Source: Bacteroidota bacterium (GTDB taxonomy: Bacteria > Bacteroidota > Bacteroidia > CAILMK01). From it: a stretch of 64,000 bases of DNA. Positions 26,630 through 36,111 of the stretch are shown here, one piece after another; the stretch's first letter is position 1; the number at the start of each line of letters is the position of its first letter. The stretch spans positions 2,030 to 66,029 of the forward strand of contig JABDBQ010000010.1 of assembly GCA_013288555.1 (NCBI GenBank). Direction: 5' to 3'. A model generated the notes under the pieces. It was given only the letters and a program-made list of their open reading frames with translations. It made no database searches and was not told the origin of the DNA. A program made the position numbers and the translations under genes.

Positions 26630-29600
26630 ATGAAAGTACAAATCAACCCCACCCTGGCACACAGGTTTCATTTAAATCTAATAGCCATTTTGTTATTAGC
26701 TGTTCTTTTTAATGCCTTCAATTCACAGGCGCAAAAGGTTAAAAACTTCAATACTTCTCAGCCATTCCTCTTTGAAGAGAACAAGGGACAACTGATGGAT
26801 GAAAGCGGGAATGCGCTTAGTGATATTAAATATTATGGAAAGCAGGGAGGTGTATATGTGTATTGCAAGTCCGGCATGTTGAGTTTTGTTTTCACAAAGA
26901 TTGAAAAGGGACAAGATGATGTTTCCGAGGCAACAGGTATGGAAACGGAATCCCCCTTTGGAAAGCATGTCCCGACTTATTCGGGAGGGGCAGGGGGATT
27001 TAAGCGCTCTTCGCTCTCCGCTCTTCACACTTCTATCACTGCCTCCCGCATGGACCTCGTTCTCCTTGGCTCCAACCCCACCCCTTCAATCACCGCCACT
27101 GACCAGCAGGAATACTATGAAAACTTCTACACCGGCGGAGATGCGAACCATGGCATCACCAATGTACACACCTATAAAACCCTTACCTATAAAAACATAT
27201 ACCCGAATATTGATATGAATCTGAATGTTGCCAAAAATGGTATTGAATATTCCTTTTTAGTCCATCCCGGAGGCAATGTAAGCGATATAAAATTGCGATG
27301 GAATGGGGCTGAGAAAGAAGAAGCACTGAAAAATGGAGGGATTAAATATGCCAATACGTTGGGAACATTGGAAGAGAGTGCGCCAAAGAGTTTTGTGGAA
27401 GGGAAATTGGTGAAAAGCATATCTGTTAAAAAAGGATTGGAATATAGTTTTGAGGTTGGAGGCTATGATAAAAGAAAAGATTTGGTTATAGATCCGAGTT
27501 TAGTTTGGGGGACCTATTTTGGAGGGTCAACTGAAGAACTAATATATGGAATTACAACTGATAACTTAAAAAATATATATATTATCGGTGAATCTACCAG
27601 CAAAACTGGAATTACAACCACTGGCGCATTTGAAACAAGTACTCCGAGTACTAATAATGGTGCAGTGCTTTTGGCAAAATTTAATGAGAACGGAACACCA
27701 GCATGGGTAACATACTATGCCGGCAACTCTCAAGATTGGGGTCTTGCAATAACTACTGATTATTTAGGGAACCTTTATTTTACGGGCTATACGTACAGTA
27801 GTTCTGGAATTGCAACTAATGGCACTTATCAAACTTCAACCGTAGGAAATGGGTACTCGGATGTGTTTATTGCAAAGTTTAGTACAGATGGAATTCGTAA
27901 GTGGGGCACATATTTTGGAGGGGCAGGAGACGAATTTGGATTTGATATAAAGATGGACGGACATTCTAATCTGTACGTTACAGGAAAAACCAATAGTAAA
28001 TCTAACATTGCAACCAAAGGAGCATTTCAAACCAGTTTTTCAGGAAAGATTGACGCTTTTCTAGCGCGGTTCGATTCAAGCGGTAATTTGAATTGGGCGA
28101 CATATTTTGGTGCTGATAGTACAATTGGTGAAAAAATAGTTTCAGACTTATCAGGAAATGTTTTTCTGTCAGGAGTAACGGATAGTAACAGTGTTATTGC
28201 AACAAAAGGCGCATATCAGACTTCATATGGTGGAGGTAGAAATGATGCATTCATAGCTAAATTCAATAAAAACGGAAATAGAATATGGTCAACATATTTT
28301 GGAGGCAATTGCTGGGAGAGTTTTAATTCTTCTCAAGGAATTGTCGCTGATAAAAAGGGACATTTATATCTAAGCGGTGGGACATGCAGTCAGACAGGAA
28401 TTGCAACTGCTGGCGCATACCAAACCTCAATAGGGGGGGAAATGATGTTTATCTGGCTAAATTCGATACTAGTGGGAAAATAATATGGAGCACTTATTTT
28501 GGGGGACCGAACGCAGATGATGGATCCAATATTATTTTAGATTCATTTAATAATATTTATATTTCAGGATACACTCAAAGTACTTCGGGTATAGCAACAA
28601 CCGATGCATTTCAACCAACATATAGCAGTGGCTATAACAACACCTTTATTGCAAAATTTGATAATAATGGCTCAAGATTATGGGCTTCCTATTATGGTTT
28701 TAGCTGGTGTTATGGAATTGTCTGGTTAAATGATTATCAAATTTTAATCGCTGGATATGCGACAAATACCCCAGGAATCGCTACATCAGGTGCATTTCAA
28801 ACAAAATCAAAAGGCACTTGGAATGGTTTTATTGCGGATATAAATTTTAAAGTCAATAATGATGCAGGCATAAGTTCAATACCTTCCTCTAAAGGTGTTT
28901 TTTGTGGGAATTCTCAACAATTGAAGATATCATTAAAAAATTATGGTAATCATGAATTGGATTCCGTAAAAATTGGATGGTCGGTTAACAGCAAAGTTGT
29001 ATCATCGTATGCCTGGACTGGCAAGTTAAAATCAGACAGTTCAATTTCCGTAACTCTCGGCAGTTTTAAATTCCCAAATGGAACTGACACCATAAAAGTC
29101 TGGACCTATAACCCAAATGGCACTACCGATTCGACTCCGCAGAATGATTCCTCCTTTGCAATTATTACAGTCAATCCTACCCCATCCGCCAATGCGGGAA
29201 AAAACAGATCGGTATGCTTTGGAGTTATGGATACTATTGGCTCTTCATCAGTACCTAACGATGCTTATTTCTGGACTTCAAATCCAACAAGTGTAATTGG
29301 TTCGGTTAGCAATCCAGTAGTTAGTCCTGCTGTCACAACAACTTATTATCTCTACGAAACCAATTCATACGCATGTGTTGGTAAAGACTCAGTAACACTA
29401 ACTGTTAACCCATTGCCAACAGCAAATGCCGGAAAAGACACATTGGTTTGCTTTGGTGATTCGGTTTTTCTTGGCACTAAACCAGATACAGGTTATTCAT
29501 ACAGTTGGTCTTCAAGCCCTTCAGGTTTTAGGTCTATCCTTGCAAATCCCCGCCTAGTTCCAAAGTCCAGCGCTGCATATTATCTCTCGATTACTTCCAA

Positions 29601-30915
29601 TAGTACCGGCTGCACCGGGCTTGATACTGCATATGGTTCCGTCAACCCTCTGCCCCATGCCAGATTTTCAGTATCCGATACTCTTTTTTGTACACAGGAT
29701 TCGCTTGGTTTAATAGATTCATCAACCGGTGCGGTTTCTTATGTATGGACATTTGGGGATGGGACTACCGATACCGGCAAAAATATTCATAAACATCATT
29801 TTACAAAGACGGGCCCTTATCATATCCGGCTTATTGTTACCAATTCATCAGGGTGTTCAGATTCCACGAAAACCTGGGTGTATCCTGATGGTGACTGCGT
29901 CTGGCCCGGTGATGCCAACTATGATAAGGTTGACAATATTTACGATCTCCTTGCAATTGGTATTGGCTATAATAATAGTGAATATAATAGATTGGATACC
30001 ACCACCCAATGGTATGCGCATCCCTGCGAAGACTGGCATAAAAGCTTCAAATCCGGAACAAATTATAAACATGCGGATTGCAATGGCGATGGAATAATTG
30101 ACAGCCTGGATATAGCCGCCATCATACGGAATTACAGCAAATCACATTCAAAGTCCGGTGGTTCTATTACAAGCGGCAACCCGAATGACCCGGCTCTGTC
30201 TTTATCCATATCCAAAGATAGTGTTGGCACTTCAGATACCATATCTGTACAGATGAATCTCGGGACAGCCTCAAAATCCCTCAGCAATATTTATGGCATC
30301 TGTTATACTGTTACGTATGATCCGGTAAATGTAGGCCGCGCCAAAAGCTTTTCAGCAGATTTTTCGAATTGCTGGATGGGAACAGTTGGTAAAAACCTGG
30401 TCTATCTTGTTCATAACGATTCGGTAAACGGGGTTATGGATATCGGCATAACCAGGACAGATCATAAGAATGTATCAGGGTATGGCGAAATTGGTAAACT
30501 CACCATTATTACACCTGATAATGTGGGCGGCAAAAGGTTAATCAGGAAAGAACTTCGGTTTGGTTTTGAGAACATAAAAGCCATTGATAATGTGGAAGAT
30601 GATGTATCATTATATACAGTGGGAGATTCTGTATTATTTTATGGCTATTCAGCTGGTATAGCACCCCAAACTAATACTGATAGTAATATACATCTCTATC
30701 CCAACCCTGCACAATCCATATTGCACATAGACGCAGGAAAGGAACTGATTTCTGAAATCGGGATATCGGATATCCTGGGTAGAAAAGTGATGACTATGAA
30801 ATATGCTCAGGTCCGGCAAACAGATATGAACATCAATAGCCTTATTCCGGGTACTTATTTTATATATATTTTTACAGATCATGGTTTTGCACGTTCGAGA
30901 TTTGTGAAAGATTAA
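26630..30915 (+). pseudogene. Giant secreted surface protein 3, interrupted by a frameshift in a G7 tract (ORFs 26630-28483 and 28384-30915)
   Basis: The two ORFs are contiguous parts of one paralog. At 28433-28439 (GGGGGGG) the frame changes. With 8 G the reading is ...AYQTSIGGGNDVYLAKFDTSGKIIWSTYFGG, a canonical SBBP repeat, giving one 1428-aa ORF. Confidence 0.8.
26956..27010 (+). repeat. Nested palindromic element embedded in-frame in giant gene 3
   Basis: GGAATCCCCCTTTGGAAAGCATGTCCCGACTTATTCGGGAGGGGCAGGGGGATTT, near-identical to 16324-16377. Gene 2 has unrelated sequence at this position. Confidence 0.8.
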
Positions 30916-30944
30916 TTCCTCCCTTCTTTTCCTCCTTTCTTCTT

Positions 30945-30980
30945 AAAGGGAATGCCTGATTGACGGGTATTCCCTTTTTT
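30945..30980 (+). terminator. Rho-independent-type terminator hairpin after giant gene 3
   Basis: AAAGGGAATGCC...GGGTATTCCCTTT followed by TTTTT. Homologous to the hairpin at 20568-20601. Confidence 0.7.
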
Positions 30981-31360
30981 GTGAAACATTTTTAAAAATA
31001 TTTTTGCTTATAACTAAATGAATATAAATAAGATAAAAAATATTTTTGGAAATCACCCACCCAGTTTGGTACTTCACTATATATGTATATAAAAGGCGTT
31101 AGGCATCAGGAGTTAGGAGTTAGAGGCTGGCGCAAACAAATTGAACAAAATCCTCTTAATTCTAAAATCCTGTAAATCCTGATTCAGAAAAATATGAAAA
31201 AGATAAACCTTTGCTTTTTGGCATTCTCGATTGATCCCGAGTGCTCGGGACTGTTATTGTCTGATATTTGTCAATGAATTACGTGTAAATAACTAAATTT
31301 CAATAAGCTAAAAAATGAAAAAATGAATTTCCCTGTTAAAACAGTGAGAACACGTGTGCC

Positions 31361-31447
31361 GCCTGTCCCGCCTGTCCCGCCTGTCCCGACCTCTTCGGGG
31401 ACCTCTTCGGGGACTTATTCTGGGACTTCTTCGGGGACTTATCCGGG
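31361..31447. repeat. Tandem repeats: 9-mer GCCTGTCCC x3, then 12-mer GACYTNTTCGGG x5
   Basis: 9-mers at 31361-31387 and 12-mers at 31388-31447. The units are the two arms of the CCTGTCCCGA-loop-TCGGGA hairpin element amplified separately. ORF 31323-31517 is just their translation. Confidence 0.85.
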
Positions 31448-31661
31448 AAGCCAGAATGCTCAGAATGGCTTTTCCAAAAAAAACAAAACCGGCATAACAC
31501 TATTTGGCAAAGTGTAACCCCGGTTTAAAACTTAAATATTTCATTATCAATATAATATAAAAAATATTATCAGGCCAAAAACAAGAAAAAATGTTACCCT
31601 TAATGCTTGTTTTAAACAGGATGAAACGGTACGCAGGAAGGGTGCTGTGCTAAAACAAAAA

Positions 31662-31716
31662 TCCCCCTACCCTCCCGAGTAATCGGGACAGGCACTTTGG
31701 AAAGGGGGAATCCCTA
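31662..31716. repeat. Nested palindromic element, intergenic copy (opposite orientation to the copies in the giant genes)
   Basis: TCCCCCTACCCTCCCGAGTAATCGGGACAGGCACTTTGGAAAGGGGGAATCCC. The inner hairpin is TCCCGA-GTAA-TCGGGA at 31673-31688. Confidence 0.8.
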
Positions 31717-31830
31717 CTTTCTCCTCATTTGATAATTTCAACATTGTCTCATTGTTTAATTCCCAATTTCAAGTTTCAAATTACATCTCACTTCTTACTT
31801 CTCACCTCTTACTATTACCTTTGCCCTAAG

Positions 31831-33210
31831 ATGAGCGATATACAAAAACCCGGCCTGGCCCGGGGCATGAGAGATTTTGGTGCGGATGAATTGTATGCCC
31901 GTGAGCATATCTTCAGTACCATACGGCAGGTTTATCAGAAATACGGCTTTGGCCCTCTGGAAACCCCTGCCATTGAAAACCTGAGCGTACTTACAGGAAA
32001 ATATGGTGAAGAAGGCGATAAACTGCTTTTTAAAGTGCTGAATTCAGGCCCTTACCTGGATGACATTGATGCCGCTGCCCTGAGCAGTAAAGATTATAAA
32101 AAAATCACCCCGGGCATTACGGAGAAAGGCCTTCGCTATGACCTGACGGTTCCGCTGGCACGCTATGTGGCCATGAATGCACATCAACTGACCTTTCCTT
32201 TCAAAAGATACCAGATCGATAAGGTATGGCGCGCCGATCGTCCCCAGAAAGGGCGCTACCGTGAATTTTATCAGTGCGACGGCGACGTGATCGGCAGCTA
32301 TTCCATGATGTATGATGCGGAGTGCATTCTTATTTTTGATGAGGTGCTGGGAGCATTGGGATTGCCTGATTTTACCATAAAAATAAATAACCGGAAAATC
32401 CTGAGTGGTCTTGCTGAAGCCTGGGGATTTACAGATAAATTCGGTCAGTTTGCCATCGCAATAGATAAATGGGATAAGATCGGCGAAAATGGTGTCGTCC
32501 AGGAACTGGGTTCACGTGGTTTTAGCGAAACCCAGATCCACCAGGTGCAACATCTGTTCAGACTTGCAGGAACCATTGAAGATAAACTTAAAACCCTTGA
32601 TACCTGGTTTGTAAACAGCAAAACAGGTAAAAAAGGAATTGCAGAATTACGCGAATTGCTTTCTTTCCTCGAAACAGTTGCTCCAAAGAAAGCGATATTA
32701 GAACTGGACCTGAAACTGGCCCGTGGACTTGATTATTATACTTCTACCATTTTTGAAGTGGTGCTGAACGAAGTGCAGATCGGCAGTATTGCCAGCGGCG
32801 GGCGCTATGATGAACTCACCGCAGGGTTTGGCTTGCCGAACATGCCAGGCGTTGGGATTTCATTTGGTGCAGAGCGTATCTATGATGTTCTAAAACAGAT
32901 GAACAGGCTACCGCAAAATCATAAAAACAAAGTCAAGGCATTGATCCTGAATGAAGGAAGCGAAAAAGAAAAATCAGGATTTGCACTTCTGGCATATTTA
33001 AGGGGTGAAAATATAGCCGTTGAAATGTACCCTTCAGTAGAGAAATCCGGCAAGCAATATGGCTATGCGGAGAAAAAAGGAATTAATTACGTGATATCGT
33101 TGGCTTCAGGTGAAAACGGTGGCGAAATATCAGTCAAAAACATCATATCCGGGGAAAAACAGAATACAAACTGGGCTGCACTTGCGAGCCTTTTGAATAA
33201 AGAACAATAA
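31831..33210 (+). CDS. hisS: Histidine--tRNA ligase
   Basis: MSDIQKPGLARGMRDF..., class II motifs (KRYQIDKVWRADRPQKGRYREFYQCD; GGGRYDEL; GISFGAERI). I place the start at ATG 31831. The track's upstream extension (31729) runs through heptamer repeat DNA. Confidence 0.9.
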   Translation: MSDIQKPGLARGMRDFGADELYAREHIFSTIRQVYQKYGFGPLETPAIENLSVLTGKYGEEGDKLLFKVLNSGPYLDDIDAAALSSKDYKKITPGITEKGLRYDLTVPLARYVAMNAHQLTFPFKRYQIDKVWRADRPQKGRYREFYQCDGDVIGSYSMMYDAECILIFDEVLGALGLPDFTIKINNRKILSGLAEAWGFTDKFGQFAIAIDKWDKIGENGVVQELGSRGFSETQIHQVQHLFRLAGTIEDKLKTLDTWFVNSKTGKKGIAELRELLSFLETVAPKKAILELDLKLARGLDYYTSTIFEVVLNEVQIGSIASGGRYDELTAGFGLPNMPGVGISFGAERIYDVLKQMNRLPQNHKNKVKALILNEGSEKEKSGFALLAYLRGENIAVEMYPSVEKSGKQYGYAEKKGINYVISLASGENGGEISVKNIISGEKQNTNWAALASLLNKEQ

Positions 33211-33212
33211 TA

Positions 33213-34700
33213 TTGGAAACGATACATTATATCAGTCCTGATCATCTAAGCCTGAAACAATTGGGCGATATCATCTCTCAGAAAAAGAAAATTGCTTTAT
33301 CCCCCGAAAGTATCACACGCATAAATACCTGCAGAACTTATCTCGAAAACAGACTGGCAAATTCTGACGAATCCATTTATGGGATCAATACCGGATTTGG
33401 TGCCATGTGTAATATCAAAATACCCGCTGACGAGCTAAGACAACTCCAGAAAAACCTGGTTATATCACATGCCTGTGGTGTCGGAGAACGTGTTCCTGAT
33501 GATATTGTGAGATTGATGCTGATCCTTAAAGTACAATCGCTTGCCTATGGGCATTCGGGAGTCAGGCTTGAAACAGTACAAAGACTGGTTGATTTTTATA
33601 ACTACAACTGGCTGCCGGTTGTATATCAAAAAGGCTCGCTTGGCGCTTCAGGAGACCTTGTTCCATTGGCTCATCTGAGCTTACCTATTATTGGCAAGGG
33701 CGAATTATCCATTAAAGGAGAGATCAAAAGCACATCTGAACTTTATCATAAAAATGGAATAATACCCATCGAACTGGGTGCAAAAGAAGGGCTTGCCTTG
33801 CTGAACGGCACTCAGTTTATGAGCGCATATGGATGCTGGAACCTGATTCAGGCCTTGAAATATAGTCATCTTGCAGATAGGGCAGCTGCCTTATCCATCG
33901 ATGCGTTTTCATGCAAATTAGATCCTTTTCTTCCATTTATTCATAAAATCAGGCCATTCAGGGGCCAATCAAAAACCGCAGCTGAGATCCTGGAAATCCT
34001 AAAAGGAAGCCAGATAGCGGAAATGCCCAAGCCTCAAGTTCAGGATCCCTACTCATTCAGATGTGTTCCACAGGTACACGGCGCAAGTAAAGATGCTATA
34101 GCACATGTTGTTGATATCTTTGAAACTGAAATCAATTCTGTAACCGACAATCCCAATATTTTCCCTGATGAAGACCTGATATTGTCCGGAGGCAATTTTC
34201 ATGGGCAGCCACTGGCTTTAGGACTTGATTACCTTGCAATGGCATTGGCAGAATTAGGAAATATATCAGAGCGGCGCACCTACCAGTTACTGAGCGGTCA
34301 GCGGGGATTGCCTGAATTTTTAGTTGCAAATCCGGGATTAAACAATGGATTAATGATTCCACAATATGCGGCGGCGGCCCTGGTAAGTGAAAACAAACAA
34401 CTTTGCACACCTGCCTCGGTGGATTCTATCCCTTCAAGTAATGGACAGGAAGACCATGTGAGTATGGGTGCCAATGCGGCAACCAAATGCTATAGAATCG
34501 TTGAAAATGTTAAAAACATCCTGGCCATAGAATGGATGACAGCAGCCCAGGCGGTACATTTCAGAAAGCCAATAACCACTTCTCCCCTGCTTGAAAAAAT
34601 GATTGTGGAGTACCGGGAATCAGTTTCGTTTTTGGAAACAGATCGATATTTGCACCTGGACATTAAAAAGTCAGTAGCTTTTCTGGAAGCTATTGAATGA
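33213..34700 (+). CDS. hutH: Histidine ammonia-lyase
   Basis: MIO-forming GSLGASGDLVPLAHL motif and overall HAL architecture. TTG start 3 nt after the hisS stop. Confidence 0.9.
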   Translation: METIHYISPDHLSLKQLGDIISQKKKIALSPESITRINTCRTYLENRLANSDESIYGINTGFGAMCNIKIPADELRQLQKNLVISHACGVGERVPDDIVRLMLILKVQSLAYGHSGVRLETVQRLVDFYNYNWLPVVYQKGSLGASGDLVPLAHLSLPIIGKGELSIKGEIKSTSELYHKNGIIPIELGAKEGLALLNGTQFMSAYGCWNLIQALKYSHLADRAAALSIDAFSCKLDPFLPFIHKIRPFRGQSKTAAEILEILKGSQIAEMPKPQVQDPYSFRCVPQVHGASKDAIAHVVDIFETEINSVTDNPNIFPDEDLILSGGNFHGQPLALGLDYLAMALAELGNISERRTYQLLSGQRGLPEFLVANPGLNNGLMIPQYAAAALVSENKQLCTPASVDSIPSSNGQEDHVSMGANAATKCYRIVENVKNILAIEWMTAAQAVHFRKPITTSPLLEKMIVEYRESVSFLETDRYLHLDIKKSVAFLEAIE

Positions 34701-34721
34701 AACCCATAAAAAACAAAACTT

Positions 34722-35090
34722 ATGCTCTTAGCTATCAAATGCCTTGTCATTCTTATTATTATCCTGCATACCTACTTCCTTTACCTTGAGATGTTTGCCT
34801 GGAAAACCAGGGGTCCTAAAGTGTTTAAAAATTATTCCAAAGAGTCATTTGAAACCACTAAAACCCTCGCAGGAAACCAGGGATTGTATAACGGTTTCCT
34901 TGCTGCCGGACTGTTATGGTCTTTATGGATACAAGATACAACCTGGGCAAATAATGTAGGGATATTCTTCCTCGTTTGTGTTTTGATCGCCGGTATTTAC
35001 GGGGCAATTACCGTGACGCCGAAGATATTTTTAATACAGGCTTTACCGGCATTAATCGCGCTGATACTGATTTTGATAAGTACAAGATAG
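34722..35090 (+). CDS. DUF1304-like small membrane protein
   Basis: 122 aa, four hydrophobic helices. LEMFAW...GLYNGFLAAGL pattern. Confidence 0.55.
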   Translation: MLLAIKCLVILIIILHTYFLYLEMFAWKTRGPKVFKNYSKESFETTKTLAGNQGLYNGFLAAGLLWSLWIQDTTWANNVGIFFLVCVLIAGIYGAITVTPKIFLIQALPALIALILILISTR

Positions 35091-35102
35091 ATTTCATCCA
35101 TT

Positions 35103-35996
35103 CTACAAATCCTGTTGCTCCGCCGGCTTAACAGTTTGGTTCAGCTTTTTAGGATCGGGATCTGATACACCATTTCCTTTTAAAGAACGAACCAGGATAA
35201 TAATACCGGCTAGAATGAAAGGAATGCTAAGCACTTGTCCCATATTTAGACCGTATTTTGCAACCATATCCACTTCAAACGGCACCTGAACTTCTTTAAA
35301 AAACTCAACAAAAAACCGGATGCTAAAAAGCAAAATCAGGAAAGTGCCGAACAAGATGCCTGGCTTTAAGGTCGCATGTTTGCGATTATATAATATGATA
35401 AGGAAAATAAAAAGGGCAAGGTATAGCAAACCTTCATATATCTGGGTAGGATGATGCGGTTGCAAGAGTTGCAATGGCATCCCTGCATTCTGTGAATCAT
35501 TTGGAAATTTAAATCCCCATGGCAGATTGGTAACGTGTCCATAGATTTCTGAGTTCATCAGGTTACCCATCCTGACAAAAAATCCGCCAATGGGTACCGT
35601 GAGAATGATCCTGTCCAGTATCCAGGAATAAGACCGCACGGGACCTTTTCGACTATAAATATACATAGCAATCAATATGCCCACCGACGCTCCATGTGAA
35701 GCAAGGCCTCCTTCCCATATCTTCAAAATATCTAATGGATGTGCAAAATACCAATCCGGCTGATAAAAAAGAACATGTCCGAGCCTTGCCCCTATGACCA
35801 CGCCAAAAATCATATGCAATGATAGTCGGTCAACATCTTTCACGGGAATATTTTCAGTTTTATAAACATGCTCCATGATCTTGTATCCTACGAGGAAAGC
35901 CATGGCAAAGAGAAGCCCATACCATCTGACGGTAAGAAATCCAAGGTGGAAAATATCAGGGCTCACATTCCAGGTTACAAAGCCAAAATTTGTCAT
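35103..35996 (-). CDS. lgt: Prolipoprotein diacylglyceryl transferase
   Basis: VRWYGLLFAMAF, GARLGHVLFY, GGLASHGA and GRMGNLMNSE(I)YG motifs typical of Lgt. Confidence 0.9.
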   Translation of the reverse strand: MTNFGFVTWNVSPDIFHLGFLTVRWYGLLFAMAFLVGYKIMEHVYKTENIPVKDVDRLSLHMIFGVVIGARLGHVLFYQPDWYFAHPLDILKIWEGGLASHGASVGILIAMYIYSRKGPVRSYSWILDRIILTVPIGGFFVRMGNLMNSEIYGHVTNLPWGFKFPNDSQNAGMPLQLLQPHHPTQIYEGLLYLALFIFLIILYNRKHATLKPGILFGTFLILLFSIRFFVEFFKEVQVPFEVDMVAKYGLNMGQVLSIPFILAGIIILVRSLKGNGVSDPDPKKLNQTVKPAEQQDL

Positions 35997-36111
35997 AATT
36001 GATTTTTATATCGCCCCAAAGATAGGGACAATGATTGATGCTCAATATTCAATAACCAAGGAAAAATATAACTTACCCTTAGAAATGAAATAACAGATTA
36101 AGAATCAATAA

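Noticed and set aside
14339-30915. Interpreting the duplicated 14-31 kb region as a mobile element or genomic island
   Set aside because: I found no transposase, integrase, tRNA target or terminal repeats bounding the region. The duplication is internal (tandem module duplication), and the flanks are housekeeping genes.
31361-31447. Possible CRISPR array
   Set aside because: The units are 9 and 12 bp and directly abutting, with no spacers. There are no cas genes in the window. It is a tandem repeat, not a CRISPR array.
31323-31517. 64-aa ORF (MNFPVKTVRTRVPPVPPVPPVPTSSGTSSGTYSGTSSGTYPG...)
   Set aside because: Its sequence is simply the translation of the 9-mer x3 and 12-mer x5 tandem repeats. 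There is no convincing start context and no recognisable fold. I treat it as repeat DNA, not a gene.
31729-31830. N-terminal extension of hisS in the ORF track (MIISTLSHCLIPNFKFQITSHFLLLTSYYYLCPK)
   Set aside because: The extension is read through stop-free heptamer arrays. Conserved HisRS sequence begins at MSDIQKPGLARGMRDF (ATG 31831).
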